DNA of 64,000 bases from an uncultured Thermoleophilia bacterium (GCA_963747935.1 CAVVGY010000006.1:105161-169160); one strand, 5' to 3'; numbered from the stretch's first letter, positions 39,088-52,937 are shown. Notes: generated from the sequence alone by a model not told the origin. Made by a program: numbers and translations.

Positions 39088-42000
39088 CTACCGCAGCAGG
39101 CAACCCTCAGCCTGCAGGTACTCCTGCCACTCGGCCTCGCTGGGCTCGCCGCACTTCTTGAGCAGCTTCTCCCACTCGCGGTCCACCCAGGCCTCGAGGT
39201 TGAGCAGGATCTCCTCGTTGCCGGGCTTGAACAGGTGCGCGAACCGCCCCTGCTTCTTGAGCCAGGGGATGAGCGGCTTCTTGTAGCGCGGCCGGTAGGT
39301 CAGGCTGTACTCGCCGTCCACTACCTCGAACAACGGCCAGTAGCACGTCTCGACGGCCTCACGCGCGAGGGCGATCGTCTCCGCGCCGTCCGCGCGCCAG
39401 CCGCGGGGGCAGGGCGCCAGCACGTTGATGAACGTGGCGCCCGGCGTGTCCAGGGCCTTGGCCGACTTGCGCACGAGGTCGCGCGGGTCGTGCGGCGAGG
39501 CCTGGGCCACGTAGCCCAGCTCGTGGGCGATCATGATGTCGGTGAGGTTCTTGCGGTTCTGCAGCTTGCCCGCCTGCGCCTTGCCCACCGGGCTGGTGGT
39601 GGTCCAGGCGCCCTGCGGCGTCGCGCCGGAGCGCTGGAACCCGGTGTTCATGTAGGCGCCGTTGTCGTAGCAGACATAGAGCATCTGGTGGCCGCGCTCC
39701 ATGGCGCCGGAGAGCGACTGCAGGCCGATGTCGTAGGTGCCGCCGTCGCCGCCGAAGGCGATGAACTTGGTGTTCTCCTCGACGAGGCCCTTCTTCTTGA
39801 GGGCCCGGAACGCGGTCTCGACGCCGGAGAGGGTCGCGGCCGAGTTCTCGAAGGCGGTGTGGATGTAGCTGCCCTTCCACGAGGTGTACGGGTAGATGGT
39901 GGTGCTCACCTCGAGGCAGCCGGTCGCCGCGGAGACGACGATCGGGTCTTCTGTGCCCATGAGGATCTGGCGCACCGCCACCGGGGCGCCGCAACCGGCG
40001 CACATACGGTGGCCGCCGGCCAGTTCGCTGCCCTTGGAGACGAGTTCGCGCCACTTGGTGCGCGCGTCCTCGAAGTGGTTGGTCTCCTTGAGCGCGTCCA
40101 CCGGGCACACGTCCACGCACTCGTGGCACATGATGCAGCGGCTCTCGTCGATACGGTACGAGGCCAGGTCGCGCTCGTTGAAGGTGAGCGCGCCGGTGGG
40201 GCAGGCTGGTGACGCAGCGGCCGCAGCTGATGCAGTCGGCCAGCTGGAGGGCGTCGCTGTAGGGCGTGTCGACGTTGATGGTGAAGCCCCGGCCCGTGAA
40301 GTCGTAGCAGGCCGGGCCGGCCACGTCGCGGCACACGCGCACGCACTTGCCGCAGGCGATGCAGCGGCTCATGTCGCGGCGGATGAACGGATGCTCGGTC
40401 TGCGGCTCGACCTGGCGGACCATGTTGCCCTTCACGACCAGCTCGTTGTCGGTGACGTCGTACTCGACGCCGAGCTTCTGCAGGTCGCAGGCGCCGTTGC
40501 TCGGGCACTCGCACTGCAGGCAGCGGCTCGCCTCCGCACGCGCGGCGGCGAGGCTGTAGCCCTTCTCGACCTCGAGGTCGGTGGCCGTGAGGCGCTTCTG
40601 CTTGCCGACCTTGGGCATGGTGGCGCGAGGGGCAGGTTCTGCGCTCGCGCCCATCTTGAGCCACACCGGGCTGCGCTCGGCCAGCCGCTCGCCGAGCTCG
40701 CCGAGCTGCGCCTCGTCGGCGAGCTGGTCGAGGTACGGCAGGCTGTTGAACACGGCGAGCCGCTCCTCGAGCTGCTCGAGGTCCTGGCCGCCCAGCCACG
40801 CGTCGACGGCGAGCGCGGTGCGCTTGCCGCCGGCCACCGCGTGGATGACCGACTGGGAGCCGGTGACGGCGTCGCCGGCCGCGAACACGCCCTGTTCGGG
40901 CGTGCGGCCGGTGTAGTAGTTGCCGAGCAGCCGGGAGTCGGCCAGCGGCAGGTAGTCGGCACTCTCGCCCAGGCGCGGCGCGAAGCCGGTGGCCATGACG
41001 ACCGTGGTGGCGGCGAGCTCGAAGCGCGAGCCGCGGACCTCCTTGCGACGGCCCTTCTCGCGCACCACGCGGACGCACTCCACGCCCTGCGCCTTGCCGC
41101 TCTTGGTCTTGATCTTCTTGGCGAGCGCGCCGTACTCGACCTTGACGCCCTCCTCGAGGGCGGCGGCGAGGTCGCGGGCGCCGGCCGGGATGTCGTCGGC
41201 CTCGTGCTGGGCGATGACGACGACCTCTTTGGCGCCCTTGCGGCGCGCCGTGCGGGCCACGTCGAACGCCGTGATGCCGTCGCCGATCACGGCGACCTTC
41301 TGGGTGAACTTGACGGCACGGCCCTCGCGCACGCGCTTGAGGAGCTCCATGCCGTTCACCGCGACGTCGTCGCCGGGCAGCACGTGCCGCGGCTCCTCCC
41401 AGGTACCGACGCTGATGATCACGGCGTCGATGCCGGCGTCGAACAGGCCGTCGGGGTCGACCTCGTAGCCGAGCTCGGACTCGCCGACGAACCGCGCGCC
41501 GGCGTCCCACAGCGGGGCGAGCTCCTTCTCCACGACCTTGCCGGGCAGCCGGAACTCGGGGATGCTGTAGCGCAACGTCCCGCCCGGCTCCTCGTTGGCG
41601 TCGTAGACGGTGACCTCGTGGCCGGCCTGGATGAGGAACCAGGCGGCGGCCAGACCGGCCGGGCCCGCGCCGATGACGGCGACCCGCCGGCCGGTGGGCA
41701 CGCCCGGCACCAGCAGCGTCTCGCTGTGGTCGGCGGCCGCCCGGTGCAGGGCGCAGATGGCGATGGGCTCGTCCACGTCGCTGCGGCGGCACACGGGCTC
41801 GCAGTAGCGCGGGCACACGCGCCCGAGGATGCCGGGGAACGGCAGCTCGTCGCGCACGATGCCGGCCGCGCCGACGGCGTCTCCCGACGCCAGCGCGGCC
41901 ATGTACGCCGGGATGTCGATGTGCGTGGGGCACGCGTGCGAGCACGGCGCCTCGCAGTACGCGTTGTGGTCCGAGAGGTACATCTTGAGGTAGCTCTCGC

Positions 42001-42264
42001 GGCGCGCGCGTACTCGCTTGGTGTCGGTCTTGACGTTCAGACCGTCCTTGACCCACGTGGTGCAGGCGGCCTGGAGCTTGTCGAGGCCTTCGACCTCGAC
42101 CATGCACAGGCGGCAGGCGCCCCACGCGGCCATGCCCTCCTGGTGGCAGAGCGCGGGGATGTCGATACCCTCACGCCGCGCCACGTCGAGCACGGTCTCG
42201 CCCTCGCGGGCGTTGAGCTGGCGGCCGTCGACCGTGAGCTGGACGGCGGTCTTGGTGCGGGGGC

Positions 42265-42268
<4 letters not shown>
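39088..42268 (-). CDS. Fusion protein: [2Fe-2S] NuoG-N-terminal-like + GltD/NfnB-like NAD(P)H-FAD domain + [4Fe-4S] motifs + TPP-binding 2-oxoacid:ferredoxin oxidoreductase beta subunit (PorB); one frame break near 40207
   Basis: GTG 42268 follows GAAGGGAGG and overlaps the NuoF-like stop. Motifs in order: LTVDGRQLNAREGETVLDVA...CRLCMVEV; NAYCEAPCSHACPTHIDIP...FPGILGRVCPRYCEPVCRR; VAVIGAGPAGLAAAWFL; CIACGKCVRVC; CISCGRCVTS|CPTGAL (frame break); CIMCHECVDVCP; then PorB GGHRMCAGCGAP...FGGDGGTYDIGLQS...YDNGAYMNTG. Length is 3n+1. Confidence 0.8.
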
Positions 42269-44184
<1,916 letters not shown>

Positions 44185-44185
44185 G

Positions 44186-45004
44186 TCAGGCCTCCTTCTT
44201 GCGGAGCTGACGGACGAGCTTGCGCGCCGACTGCGGCGTCACGCGTGCGTGCGTGACCTCTTCGCCGATGCGGACGGCCGGCGCGAGCGCGCAGGCGCCG
44301 ATGCAGTTGACGGTCTCGAGCGTGAACAGCAGGTCGGGCGTGGTGCCGCCGACCGGGACGTCCAGCTCCTGCGCGAACGCCTCGGCTACGAGCGGCGCGC
44401 CGGCGACGTGGCAGGCGGTGCCCATGCAGACGTGGATGACGTTCTTGCCGACCGGATTGAGGCGGAACTGGGCGTAGAAGCTGGCGACGCCGAACACGCG
44501 CGAGAACGGCAAGTGCGCCTCCTCGGCGATGTTCTCGAGCGCGACGCGCGGCAGGAACCCGTAGGCCTCCTGCGTGGCGTGCAGCGCCTGGACCAGGCCG
44601 GTGCCGGAGCGGATGCCGGCCACGACGGGGTCGAAGAGCTTCATGTCGATCTCCGGCACGAACCCGGCCGGCTTCTCGCCGATGACGCAGGCGGAGTTGG
44701 CGCCGCAGCTCTCACCCGGCAGGGTGGCGAGCGCGGCGGCACGCTCGGCCTCGCGGTCGAACGGGAGCTCTTCGAACTCCGGGCAGTAGTCGATCTCGAT
44801 GCAGTCCACGGGGCACTTGCGCTCGCACAGGGTGCAGGCGTAGCACTTGTACGCGCCCGCCTTGTCCTTGACGAGGTCGAACAGACCCACGCCGCGAGGC
44901 TTCTCGACGAGCTCGCGGCGCTCGAAGTCGATGCCCTTGAGGACTTCGTACAGGGCCGAGCCCTTGGGCTCGGTCGCGGTGTTGCCGTCGGAACGTCTCG
45001 GCAT
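44186..45004 (-). CDS. NuoE/HydC-like [2Fe-2S] subunit with an N-terminal ferredoxin-like [4Fe-4S] motif
   Basis: CYACTLCERKCPVDCIEI, then the NuoE core LPRVALENIAEEAHLPFSRVFGVASFYAQF...VCMGTACHVAG...NCIGACALAP. ATG 45004 follows GAGGTGA; the alternative start is GTG 45013. Confidence 0.85.
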   Translation of the reverse strand: MPRRSDGNTATEPKGSALYEVLKGIDFERRELVEKPRGVGLFDLVKDKAGAYKCYACTLCERKCPVDCIEIDYCPEFEELPFDREAERAAALATLPGESCGANSACVIGEKPAGFVPEIDMKLFDPVVAGIRSGTGLVQALHATQEAYGFLPRVALENIAEEAHLPFSRVFGVASFYAQFRLNPVGKNVIHVCMGTACHVAGAPLVAEAFAQELDVPVGGTTPDLLFTLETVNCIGACALAPAVRIGEEVTHARVTPQSARKLVRQLRKKEA

Positions 45005-45014
45005 CCCGGTCACC

Positions 45015-46217
45015 TCAGTCCTTCCGCAGGTTCAGGTACCGACGCTCGGTAGAGACCCGCTTCTTGCTCTTGGCAGCCTTCTCGAGCTCGGCGAACGCCT
45101 GCTCGATGTTGTCTGGGAAGATGTCGCGTCCGCCGAGGCCGTAGATGAACGGCAGGACCTGCGGGCGCGGGTCGCAGTCGTAGAGGGCGCTCCGCACCTC
45201 GAGGAACACGGGGCCGCCCTGGGCGCCGAACGAGTCGGCGCGGTCCATGACGCCCACCACCTTCACGTGCTGGAGCGCCTTGGCGTACGCCTCGTGCGGG
45301 AACGGCCGGAAGACGCGCACGCGCACCATGCCGGCCTTGACGCCGCGGGCGCGCAGCTTGTCGACCGTCATCCGCGTCGTGCCGGCGGTGGAGCCGACGA
45401 CGACGATGGCGATCTCGGCGTCCTCGAGCTGGTACGTCTCGAGCAGGTCGTACTGACGGCCGCTCAGCTCGGCGTACTCGTCGGCGACGTCCTGGATGAC
45501 CTTGAGCGAGCGGTCCATCGCCCGGTTCTGGGCGACCTTGTGCTCGAAGTACCAGCCGTGCAGGCCGTCGAACGGGCCGACGGTGACGGGGTTCTTGGCG
45601 TCGAGCATGGGGTTGGTGGGGCGGTAGGGCCCGATGAACTTCTGGACCTGGTCCTTGGTGAGCATCTGCAGCGGGCCGATGGCGCCGCTGATGACGTAGC
45701 CGTCGTACATGTGCATGACCGGCAGGCGCACGTCCATGTGCTCGGCGATGCGGATGGCCTGGATGCAGTTGTCGTAGGCCTCCTGGTGGTTCTCGCCGTA
45801 GAGCTGGACCCAGCCGGTGTCGCGGCCGCCCATGGTGTCGCTGTGGTCGCAGTGGATGTTGATGGGGCCTGAGAGGGCGCGGTTCACAGTGGTCATGACC
45901 ACCGGGAGCCGGTAGCTCGCGGCGACGAACAGGACCTCCCACATGAGGGCGAAGCCCTGGGAGGAGGTCGCGGTCATCGTCCGCGCGCCGCCGGCGGCGG
46001 AACCGATCACGGCGCTCATGGCGCTGTGCTCGCTCTCGACGGTCACGAACTCGGTGCCGACCTTGCCGTCGGCGACCATCTGCGCGTAGAGCTGGACGAC
46101 CTCGGTCTGCGGGGTGATGGGATAGGCGCAGACGACGTCGGGGTCGATCTGGCCCATCGCCTCGGCGACGGCCTCGTTGCCGGTGACCGCCAGGATCGGA
46201 GACTCAGTGATGGCCAT
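45015..46217 (-). CDS. porA: 2-oxoacid (pyruvate-type):ferredoxin oxidoreductase alpha subunit
   Basis: VTGNEAVAEAMGQIDPDVVCAYPITPQTEVV...VESEHSAMSAVIGSAAGGARTMTATSSQGFALM. Confidence 0.9.
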   Translation of the reverse strand: MAITESPILAVTGNEAVAEAMGQIDPDVVCAYPITPQTEVVQLYAQMVADGKVGTEFVTVESEHSAMSAVIGSAAGGARTMTATSSQGFALMWEVLFVAASYRLPVVMTTVNRALSGPINIHCDHSDTMGGRDTGWVQLYGENHQEAYDNCIQAIRIAEHMDVRLPVMHMYDGYVISGAIGPLQMLTKDQVQKFIGPYRPTNPMLDAKNPVTVGPFDGLHGWYFEHKVAQNRAMDRSLKVIQDVADEYAELSGRQYDLLETYQLEDAEIAIVVVGSTAGTTRMTVDKLRARGVKAGMVRVRVFRPFPHEAYAKALQHVKVVGVMDRADSFGAQGGPVFLEVRSALYDCDPRPQVLPFIYGLGGRDIFPDNIEQAFAELEKAAKSKKRVSTERRYLNLRKD

Positions 46218-46219
46218 GG

Positions 46220-46609
46220 TCACTCCTTCTTGTCGATCTGCATGACGATGGCCTTGGTGGGGCACTCCTTGGCGCAGATGCCGCAGCCCTTGCAGTGCTC
46301 GAGGTCGATGCCGGTCGCCTTGTTGTCCTCGACGACGATCGAGGCGTCGGGGCAGTAGAAGTAGCAGAGCATGCAGCCGTCGCACTTCTCCACGTCGATC
46401 TCGGGGACGAGCGAGCGCCAGCCTCCGGTCTCGTTGTAGACGGAGTTGCCGGCCTCGATGATCGTGGCGCCGAGCTCGTGGCGCTCAGGGCCCCACTGGT
46501 CGACGTCGCTGATGTCCCAGGTCGGCTTCTTCTTGGCGGGCGCTTTGCGCGCCGCAGGCTTCTTGAGCGGCGCCGGCTTCTTGGCGCCTGCCTTCTTGTC
46601 CACGGTCAT
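46220..46609 (-). CDS. porD: 2-oxoacid:ferredoxin oxidoreductase delta subunit (2x[4Fe-4S])
   Basis: CDGCMLCYFYCPD and CKGCGICAKECP motifs, with a Lys/Ala-rich N-terminal extension. Confidence 0.9.
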   Translation of the reverse strand: MTVDKKAGAKKPAPLKKPAARKAPAKKKPTWDISDVDQWGPERHELGATIIEAGNSVYNETGGWRSLVPEIDVEKCDGCMLCYFYCPDASIVVEDNKATGIDLEHCKGCGICAKECPTKAIVMQIDKKE

Positions 46610-47214
46610 TCGCCCTGGACCTCCTCGTAGCTGCGCGTGATGGCGGCGATGTTGCCCTCGACGACCTTGGGCGGGAACTTCTTGCCGAAGTCCTCGCGCA
46701 GGAACGTGACGACGTCATCGATGTCGAACAGTCCGGTGATGCGCGTGAGCGCGCCGACCATCGGCGTGTTGGGGATGGGGCGCTTGATGGTCTCCACGGC
46801 GATGCGCGTGGCGGCGATGGTGTACAGCCGGCCGTGCTCGAGCGCCGAGTCCTTGCGAAGCTGGGCCGGGGAGCGCTCGCTGTTGACGAGCACGATGACG
46901 TCGTCGGGCGCGCCCTTGGTGACGTCGACGATCTTGAGCAGGGAGGAGTCGAGCACGACCACGATCTGCGGGTGCTCGATGCCCGAGTACACCTGGATCG
47001 GCGCGTCGCTGACGCGCGTGAACGCGACGATCGGCGCGCCGGAGCGCTCGGGACCGTACTCGGGGAAGGCCTGGAAGTACTTGCCCTCGCCCAGCGCGAG
47101 CTCCGCGACCATCTTGGCCGCGGTCACGGCGCCCTGCCCGCCGCGGCCGTGCCAGCGGATCTCGGTGAGGGCCGGGGTGGCCTCCGCCTTGTTCTTGCCG
47201 GTCTTCGTCGCCAT
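46606..47214 (-). CDS. porG: 2-oxoacid:ferredoxin oxidoreductase gamma subunit
   Basis: IRWHGRGGQGAVTAAKMVAELALGEGKYFQAFPEYGPERSGAP. ATG 47214 follows GGAGAGGAG; the alternative GTG 47220 overlaps the recR stop. Confidence 0.9.
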   Translation of the reverse strand: MATKTGKNKAEATPALTEIRWHGRGGQGAVTAAKMVAELALGEGKYFQAFPEYGPERSGAPIVAFTRVSDAPIQVYSGIEHPQIVVVLDSSLLKIVDVTKGAPDDVIVLVNSERSPAQLRKDSALEHGRLYTIAATRIAVETIKRPIPNTPMVGALTRITGLFDIDDVVTFLREDFGKKFPPKVVEGNIAAITRSYEEVQGE

Positions 47215-47216
47215 GC

Positions 47217-47825
47217 TCACTCCTCTCCGTGCCGCACGTTCCGTCGCCCTACGAGGGCGCGGCCCAGTGTCAGCTCGTCGGCGTACTCAAGGTCTCCGCC
47301 CACGGGCAGGCCGCTGGCGAGGCGCGTGACGCGCACGCGCTCCGGCAACAGGTCGGCGACGTACATCGCCGTCGCCTCGCCCGTCATGGTCGGGTTGGTA
47401 GCTACGATCACTTCGGTCACGTCCTCGCCCACTCGCGCGAGCAGTTCGGTCATGTGCAGGTCTTCAGGGTCCACCCCGTCGATGGGGCTGAGCGCCCCGC
47501 CGAGGATGTGGTAGTAGCCGCGGAACTCACGCGTGCGCTCGATGGTCACGACGTCGAACGGCTGTTCGACCACGCACAGCACCGAGGGGTCGCGGCGCGG
47601 GTCGGCGCAGATGGTGCAGAGCTCGCCCTCCGCCAGGTTGAAGCACTGTGTGCAGAACCCGATCTTCTCCTTGACCTCGGTGATGGCGGCGGCCAGCGGC
47701 AGCACGTCCTCCGGCCGCAGCCTGAGAAGGTGGAAGGTGAGTCGCTGGGCGGTGCGGGGACCGATGCCGGGGAGCTTGGAGAACTCGGTGATCAGACGCT
47801 CGACCGGGGCTGCATACATTCGCAT
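47217..47825 (-). CDS. recR: Recombination protein RecR
   Basis: LPGIGPRTAQRLTFHLL (HhH), the C4 zinc finger CTQCFNLAEGELCTIC, and a Toprim segment VIVATNPTMTGEATAMY. Confidence 0.95.
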   Translation of the reverse strand: MRMYAAPVERLITEFSKLPGIGPRTAQRLTFHLLRLRPEDVLPLAAAITEVKEKIGFCTQCFNLAEGELCTICADPRRDPSVLCVVEQPFDVVTIERTREFRGYYHILGGALSPIDGVDPEDLHMTELLARVGEDVTEVIVATNPTMTGEATAMYVADLLPERVRVTRLASGLPVGGDLEYADELTLGRALVGRRNVRHGEE

Positions 47826-47907
47826 CTACTCCCGCGAGTAACGACTCGCTATGCAACATCGTTGCATGATTCGGGCGCCACTTACGGCGCCCACAAAACA
47901 GCTTGAC

Positions 47908-47936
47908 AGTCTACTCTCTTGAGGCTGCGGCGGCAA
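47908..47936 (-). promoter_or_regulatory. Candidate sigma70-type promoter P2 (TTGCCG-17 nt-TAGACT) about 75 nt upstream of recR
   Basis: Read on the minus strand: -35 at 47936-47931, -10 at 47913-47908, followed by three short hairpins before the recR SD. Confidence 0.4.
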
Positions 47937-48073
47937 CGCGAAGGGCGCGATTCTCGCTTCGTGTGCCGGGGTGGTGAGCGGCACCCCGGTGTCGGCCGCG
48001 GCGGTGACCTGTGCGGCGCGCCGCGGGCGGCTGCTGAGGACCATCTACCGGACTGATTGAGTCCGATATACAC

Positions 48074-48102
48074 ATTCTAAACGCGCGGTCCGCGGCCTGC
48101 AA
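48074..48102 (-). promoter_or_regulatory. Candidate strong sigma70-type promoter P1 (TTGCAG-17 nt-TAGAAT) in the ybaB-recR spacer
   Basis: Read on the minus strand: -35 at 48102-48097, -10 at 48079-48074, in an AT-rich island of a GC-rich spacer. Confidence 0.5.
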
Positions 48103-48348
48103 ACCGCGGGTGAGGCGCGGCGGCGTCCCATGCGCCGGCGCCCGTTCCGGACCGACGTCGGCCGCCTCCCGGATACCCGGCGGGTACGCTCGTTCAGAGA
48201 GGCGCCCGGAAGGCGGCTCTGCCTGCCTCTGCCCGCCGGGTGAGAGGCGAACAGGTGTTCGTATCGCCCGGCGCTCGCCGCCGGGTCGCCGAGGCCGTGC
48301 GACCGCCGCTGCCGGCCGCGGCCGGACCCGTGGCCGGCCGGCCGGGCC

Positions 48349-48675
48349 TCAGAACAGGCCGGGGATGTTGGGGAGGTCGATGCCGCCGGTGGCGCCGCCC
48401 AGCTTGGTGCTGGCGAGGTCCTGGGCGGCGCGGAGCGCCTCGTTGGTGGCGGCGACCACGAGGTCCTGGAGCATCTCGACGTCCTCGGGGTCCACCGCGT
48501 CCGGGTTGATGCGCACTTCCTTGATCTCGAGGGAGCCGGTGACGACGACGGTCACGACGCCGCCGCCGGCGCTGGCCTCGACGGTCTCGACGGCGAGCTC
48601 CTCCTGAGCCTGCGCCATCTTGCGCTGCATCTCCTGGACCTGCTTCATCATCTTGTTGTACTGCGGGTTGGCCAT
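48349..48675 (-). CDS. ybaB: Nucleoid-associated protein YbaB/EbfC
   Basis: MMKQVQEMQRKMAQAQEEL...GGGVVTVVVTGSLEIKEVRINP...LQDLVVAATNEAL. Confidence 0.9.
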   Translation of the reverse strand: MANPQYNKMMKQVQEMQRKMAQAQEELAVETVEASAGGGVVTVVVTGSLEIKEVRINPDAVDPEDVEMLQDLVVAATNEALRAAQDLASTKLGGATGGIDLPNIPGLF

Positions 48676-48685
48676 GATGGTCTCC

Positions 48686-50565
<1,880 letters not shown>

Positions 50566-50593
50566 CGGATGGCTAGTGTACCTCGGCGGCCGG

Positions 50594-52065
50594 TCAGGAG
50601 ATGACCGCGAAGTCGATGAACCCGCGCTCCGGGTCGGCGTCCACGAGGCGCACGCGCACGGCGTCGCCCACGTCCAGCTCGTCGGCGCCCTCCACCACGC
50701 GGCCCTCCACCGGCGGGTCCACCGCGCGCACCCACGTGCCCTTGGGGCTCGCGCCGGTGACGAAGCCGTCGAACTCGTCGCCGAGGCGCTCGACCAGGAA
50801 GCAGGCGGCGGCCGACTTGCGCACGCGCCGCTCCACCTTCTGCGCCTGGTCCTCCTGGCGCGTGCAGTGGTCGGCGAGCTCCACCAGCCGCTCGCCGCTG
50901 TACGGGCTGCGGCGCGCCGGCGAGCGCCGCCTTGACCAGGCGCTGCGTGATCAGGTCCGGGTAGCGGCGGTTGGGCGCCGTGGAGTGCGCGTAGTGCGTC
51001 ACCGCGAGGCCGAAGTGCCCGTCGATGGGCTCGCCCGGCCGGGTCGCCTCGTACTCGCCGCTGCCGAGCAGCTTGATGATCGCCAGCGAGAGGTCGGGGA
51101 AGCGCTCGGGGTCGGCGGCGCGCCGCTCGCTCGAGGAACGCGTTGAGCGACGGCGCGTCGGGCTCCTCGGGCAGCAGGAAGCCGTAGGTGTCGGCGAGGT
51201 CGACGATGCGCTGCCAGCGCTCCGGCTCGTGCACCACGCGGCGCACCACGGGGAACCGCTTGCCGGCGAGGTAGCGGGCGACGACGCCGTTGGCGGCGAT
51301 CATGAAGTCCTCGATGAGCTCCTTGGCGCGGTCGCGCGGCTCGACCACGAGGCCGCTGACGGCGCCGCCGTCGAAGCGCGCGTGCACCTCGAGCGTCTCG
51401 AGGTCGAGCGCGCCCTGCTCGCGGCGGCGCGCCCGCAGGCGCTGCGCCACGGTGTGCTGCAGCCGCACGTTCTCGGCCAGGCCGGGGACGGCCGCCAGCG
51501 CGGGCGGCATGTCGTCCTCGCCCTGGAGCCACGCCCCGACTGACGGGTAGGCGAGCTTGGCGTGGTTGTGCACGAGGGCGCGGCGCACGTCGTCCGCCAC
51601 CACCGCGCCGTCCTCGCCGACGGTCATTCCGACGACGATCGCCAGGCGGTCCTCACCCGGGTTCAGCGACGTGAGGTCCGTGCTGAGGCGGTCCGGCAGC
51701 ATGGGGAAGATGCGCGCCGGCGTGTAGACGGAGGTCGTGTTGACGCCGGCGTGCGCGTCGATCGCCGAGCCGGGCGCCACGGTCGCGCTCACGTCGGCGA
51801 TCGCCACCAGGATCCGGGTTCCGCCGGCCACCTCGCCCTCGGCCACGGTGAGCTGGTCGAGGTCGAGGGAGTCGTCATTGTCGATGGAACACCACAGCAG
51901 ACCGCGGAGGTCTTCGGCGCCCGCGCCGTCCGGCGGCAGGTCGTCGAGCGCGCGGGCCTCCGCGACCGCGCGCGCCGGGAACTCGGGCTCCAGACCGTAC
52001 TCGACCATCGCGTCGCGCGCGACGCGCATCAGCAGGTCGCGCTGGTCGTCCTGGTGCGCGCTCAC
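50594..52065 (-). CDS. RNase II/R-family exoribonuclease-like protein with a C-terminal S1-like domain; two frame breaks
   Basis: [13 protein letters not shown]..., [44 protein letters not shown] (second frame) and [15 protein letters not shown] (third frame). GTG 52065 follows AAGGAGGAA. Breaks lie at about 51120 and 50916. Confidence 0.75.
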
Positions 52066-52937
52066 CGGCGTTCCTCCTTCTCGGGGCCACAGGTAGCACA
52101 GTCGTCCTCCGCCGTGACCGACCTGGCGATCGCCGGCGCGGCTCGTCCTCGCCCTTCGGCCGCAGGCGCGTGCGCAGCACGGCCATGGCCTCCGCCGGCG
52201 TGTCGACGAAGTGCAGGAGCTTGAGGTCGGCGGCGTCCACCATGCCCTGGCGGACCAGGGCGTCGAAGTCCACGATCTCGTTCCAGTACCGCGTGCCGTA
52301 GAGCAGTGTGGCCGGCGGCGGATCGATCTTGCCGGTCTGCGACAGAGTCAGGAACTCGAACAGCTCGTCGAGGGTGCCGAACCCGCCCGGGAACACGATG
52401 AGCGCCCGCGCGACGTAGGCGAACCACAGCTTGCGCATGAAGAAGTAGCGGAACTCGAACGAGAGGCCCGGGGTGATGAACGGGTTGGGGCGCTGCTCGT
52501 GCGGCAGGCCGATGTTGAGGCCGATGGAGCGGCCGCCGGCGTCCTGGGCTCCACGGTTGGCGGCCTCCATGATCCCGGGGCCGCCGCCGGTGCACACGAG
52601 GTAGCGGTGGGCTGGGCTCTTGAGCCCTTCGGACCACTCCGTGACCTGGCGCGCGACCTCTCGGGCGGCGGCGTAGTACTCGGCCAGGGGTCCGTCTTCG
52701 GTGATGCGCGCGGACCCGAAGAAGACGATGGTGTCGTGGATACGCCGGCGGCGGAACACGCCGAGCGGCCGCAGGTACTCGGCCAGGATGCGGAGCGGCC
52801 GGCCCTCGTCGCTCGTCGATGAACCCGGCGTCGTGGTAGGCGAGCGGGTCGCGGTCCGGCTGCGGGTCATCGGGCTGCTGCTCGCCGGGCTGGGGCTCGG
52901 GCGCGCCGGGAGGGGGAGCGTCGGGCGGGCGGTTCAT
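52062..52937 (-). CDS. LOG/TIGR00730-family (lysine-decarboxylase-like) Rossmann protein; frame leaves and returns
   Basis: The core lies in one frame: TIVFFGSARI, TGGGPGIMEAANRGA, PGGFGTLDELFE. The N-terminal piece AYHDAGFID and the terminal stop, which overlaps the RNase GTG (GTGA), lie in another frame. Total length is divisible by 3. Confidence 0.7.
   Translation of the reverse strand: MNRPPDAPPPGAPEPQPGEQQPDDPQPDRDPLAYHDAGFIDERRGPAAPHPGRVPAAARRVPPPAYPRHHRLLRVRAHHRRRTPGRVLRRRPRGRAPGHGVVRRAQEPSPPLPRVHRRRPRDHGGRQPWSPGRRRPLHRPQHRPAARAAPQPVHHPGPLVRVPLLLHAQAVVRLRRAGAHRVPGRVRHPRRAVRVPDSVADRQDRSAAGHTALRHAVLERDRGLRRPGPPGHGGRRRPQAPALRRHAGGGHGRAAHAPAAEGRGRAAPAIARSVTAEDDCATCGPEKEERR

Noticed and set aside
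39088-40131. A stand-alone PorB starting at Met 40131, as listed in the ORF track.
   Set aside because: That start would remove the first Cys of the CIMCHECVDVCP cluster motif and has no RBS. The upstream frame joins seamlessly after a 1-nt correction.
47826-48348. SRP (4.5S) RNA in the ybaB-recR spacer, suggested by a GUGUGCCGGGG string resembling the 3' half of E. coli 4.5S.
   Set aside because: The conserved domain IV GGAAGCAGC/GNRA element is absent on both strands. A convincing SRP RNA with that element is present at 53031-53136.
51875-52870. The 331-aa LOG-family ORF taken at face value.
   Set aside because: It would overlap the RNase II-like gene by about 190 nt, and its tail is Arg/Pro-rich nonsense. 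A frame return giving a GTGA stop/start overlap at 52062-52065 is more plausible.
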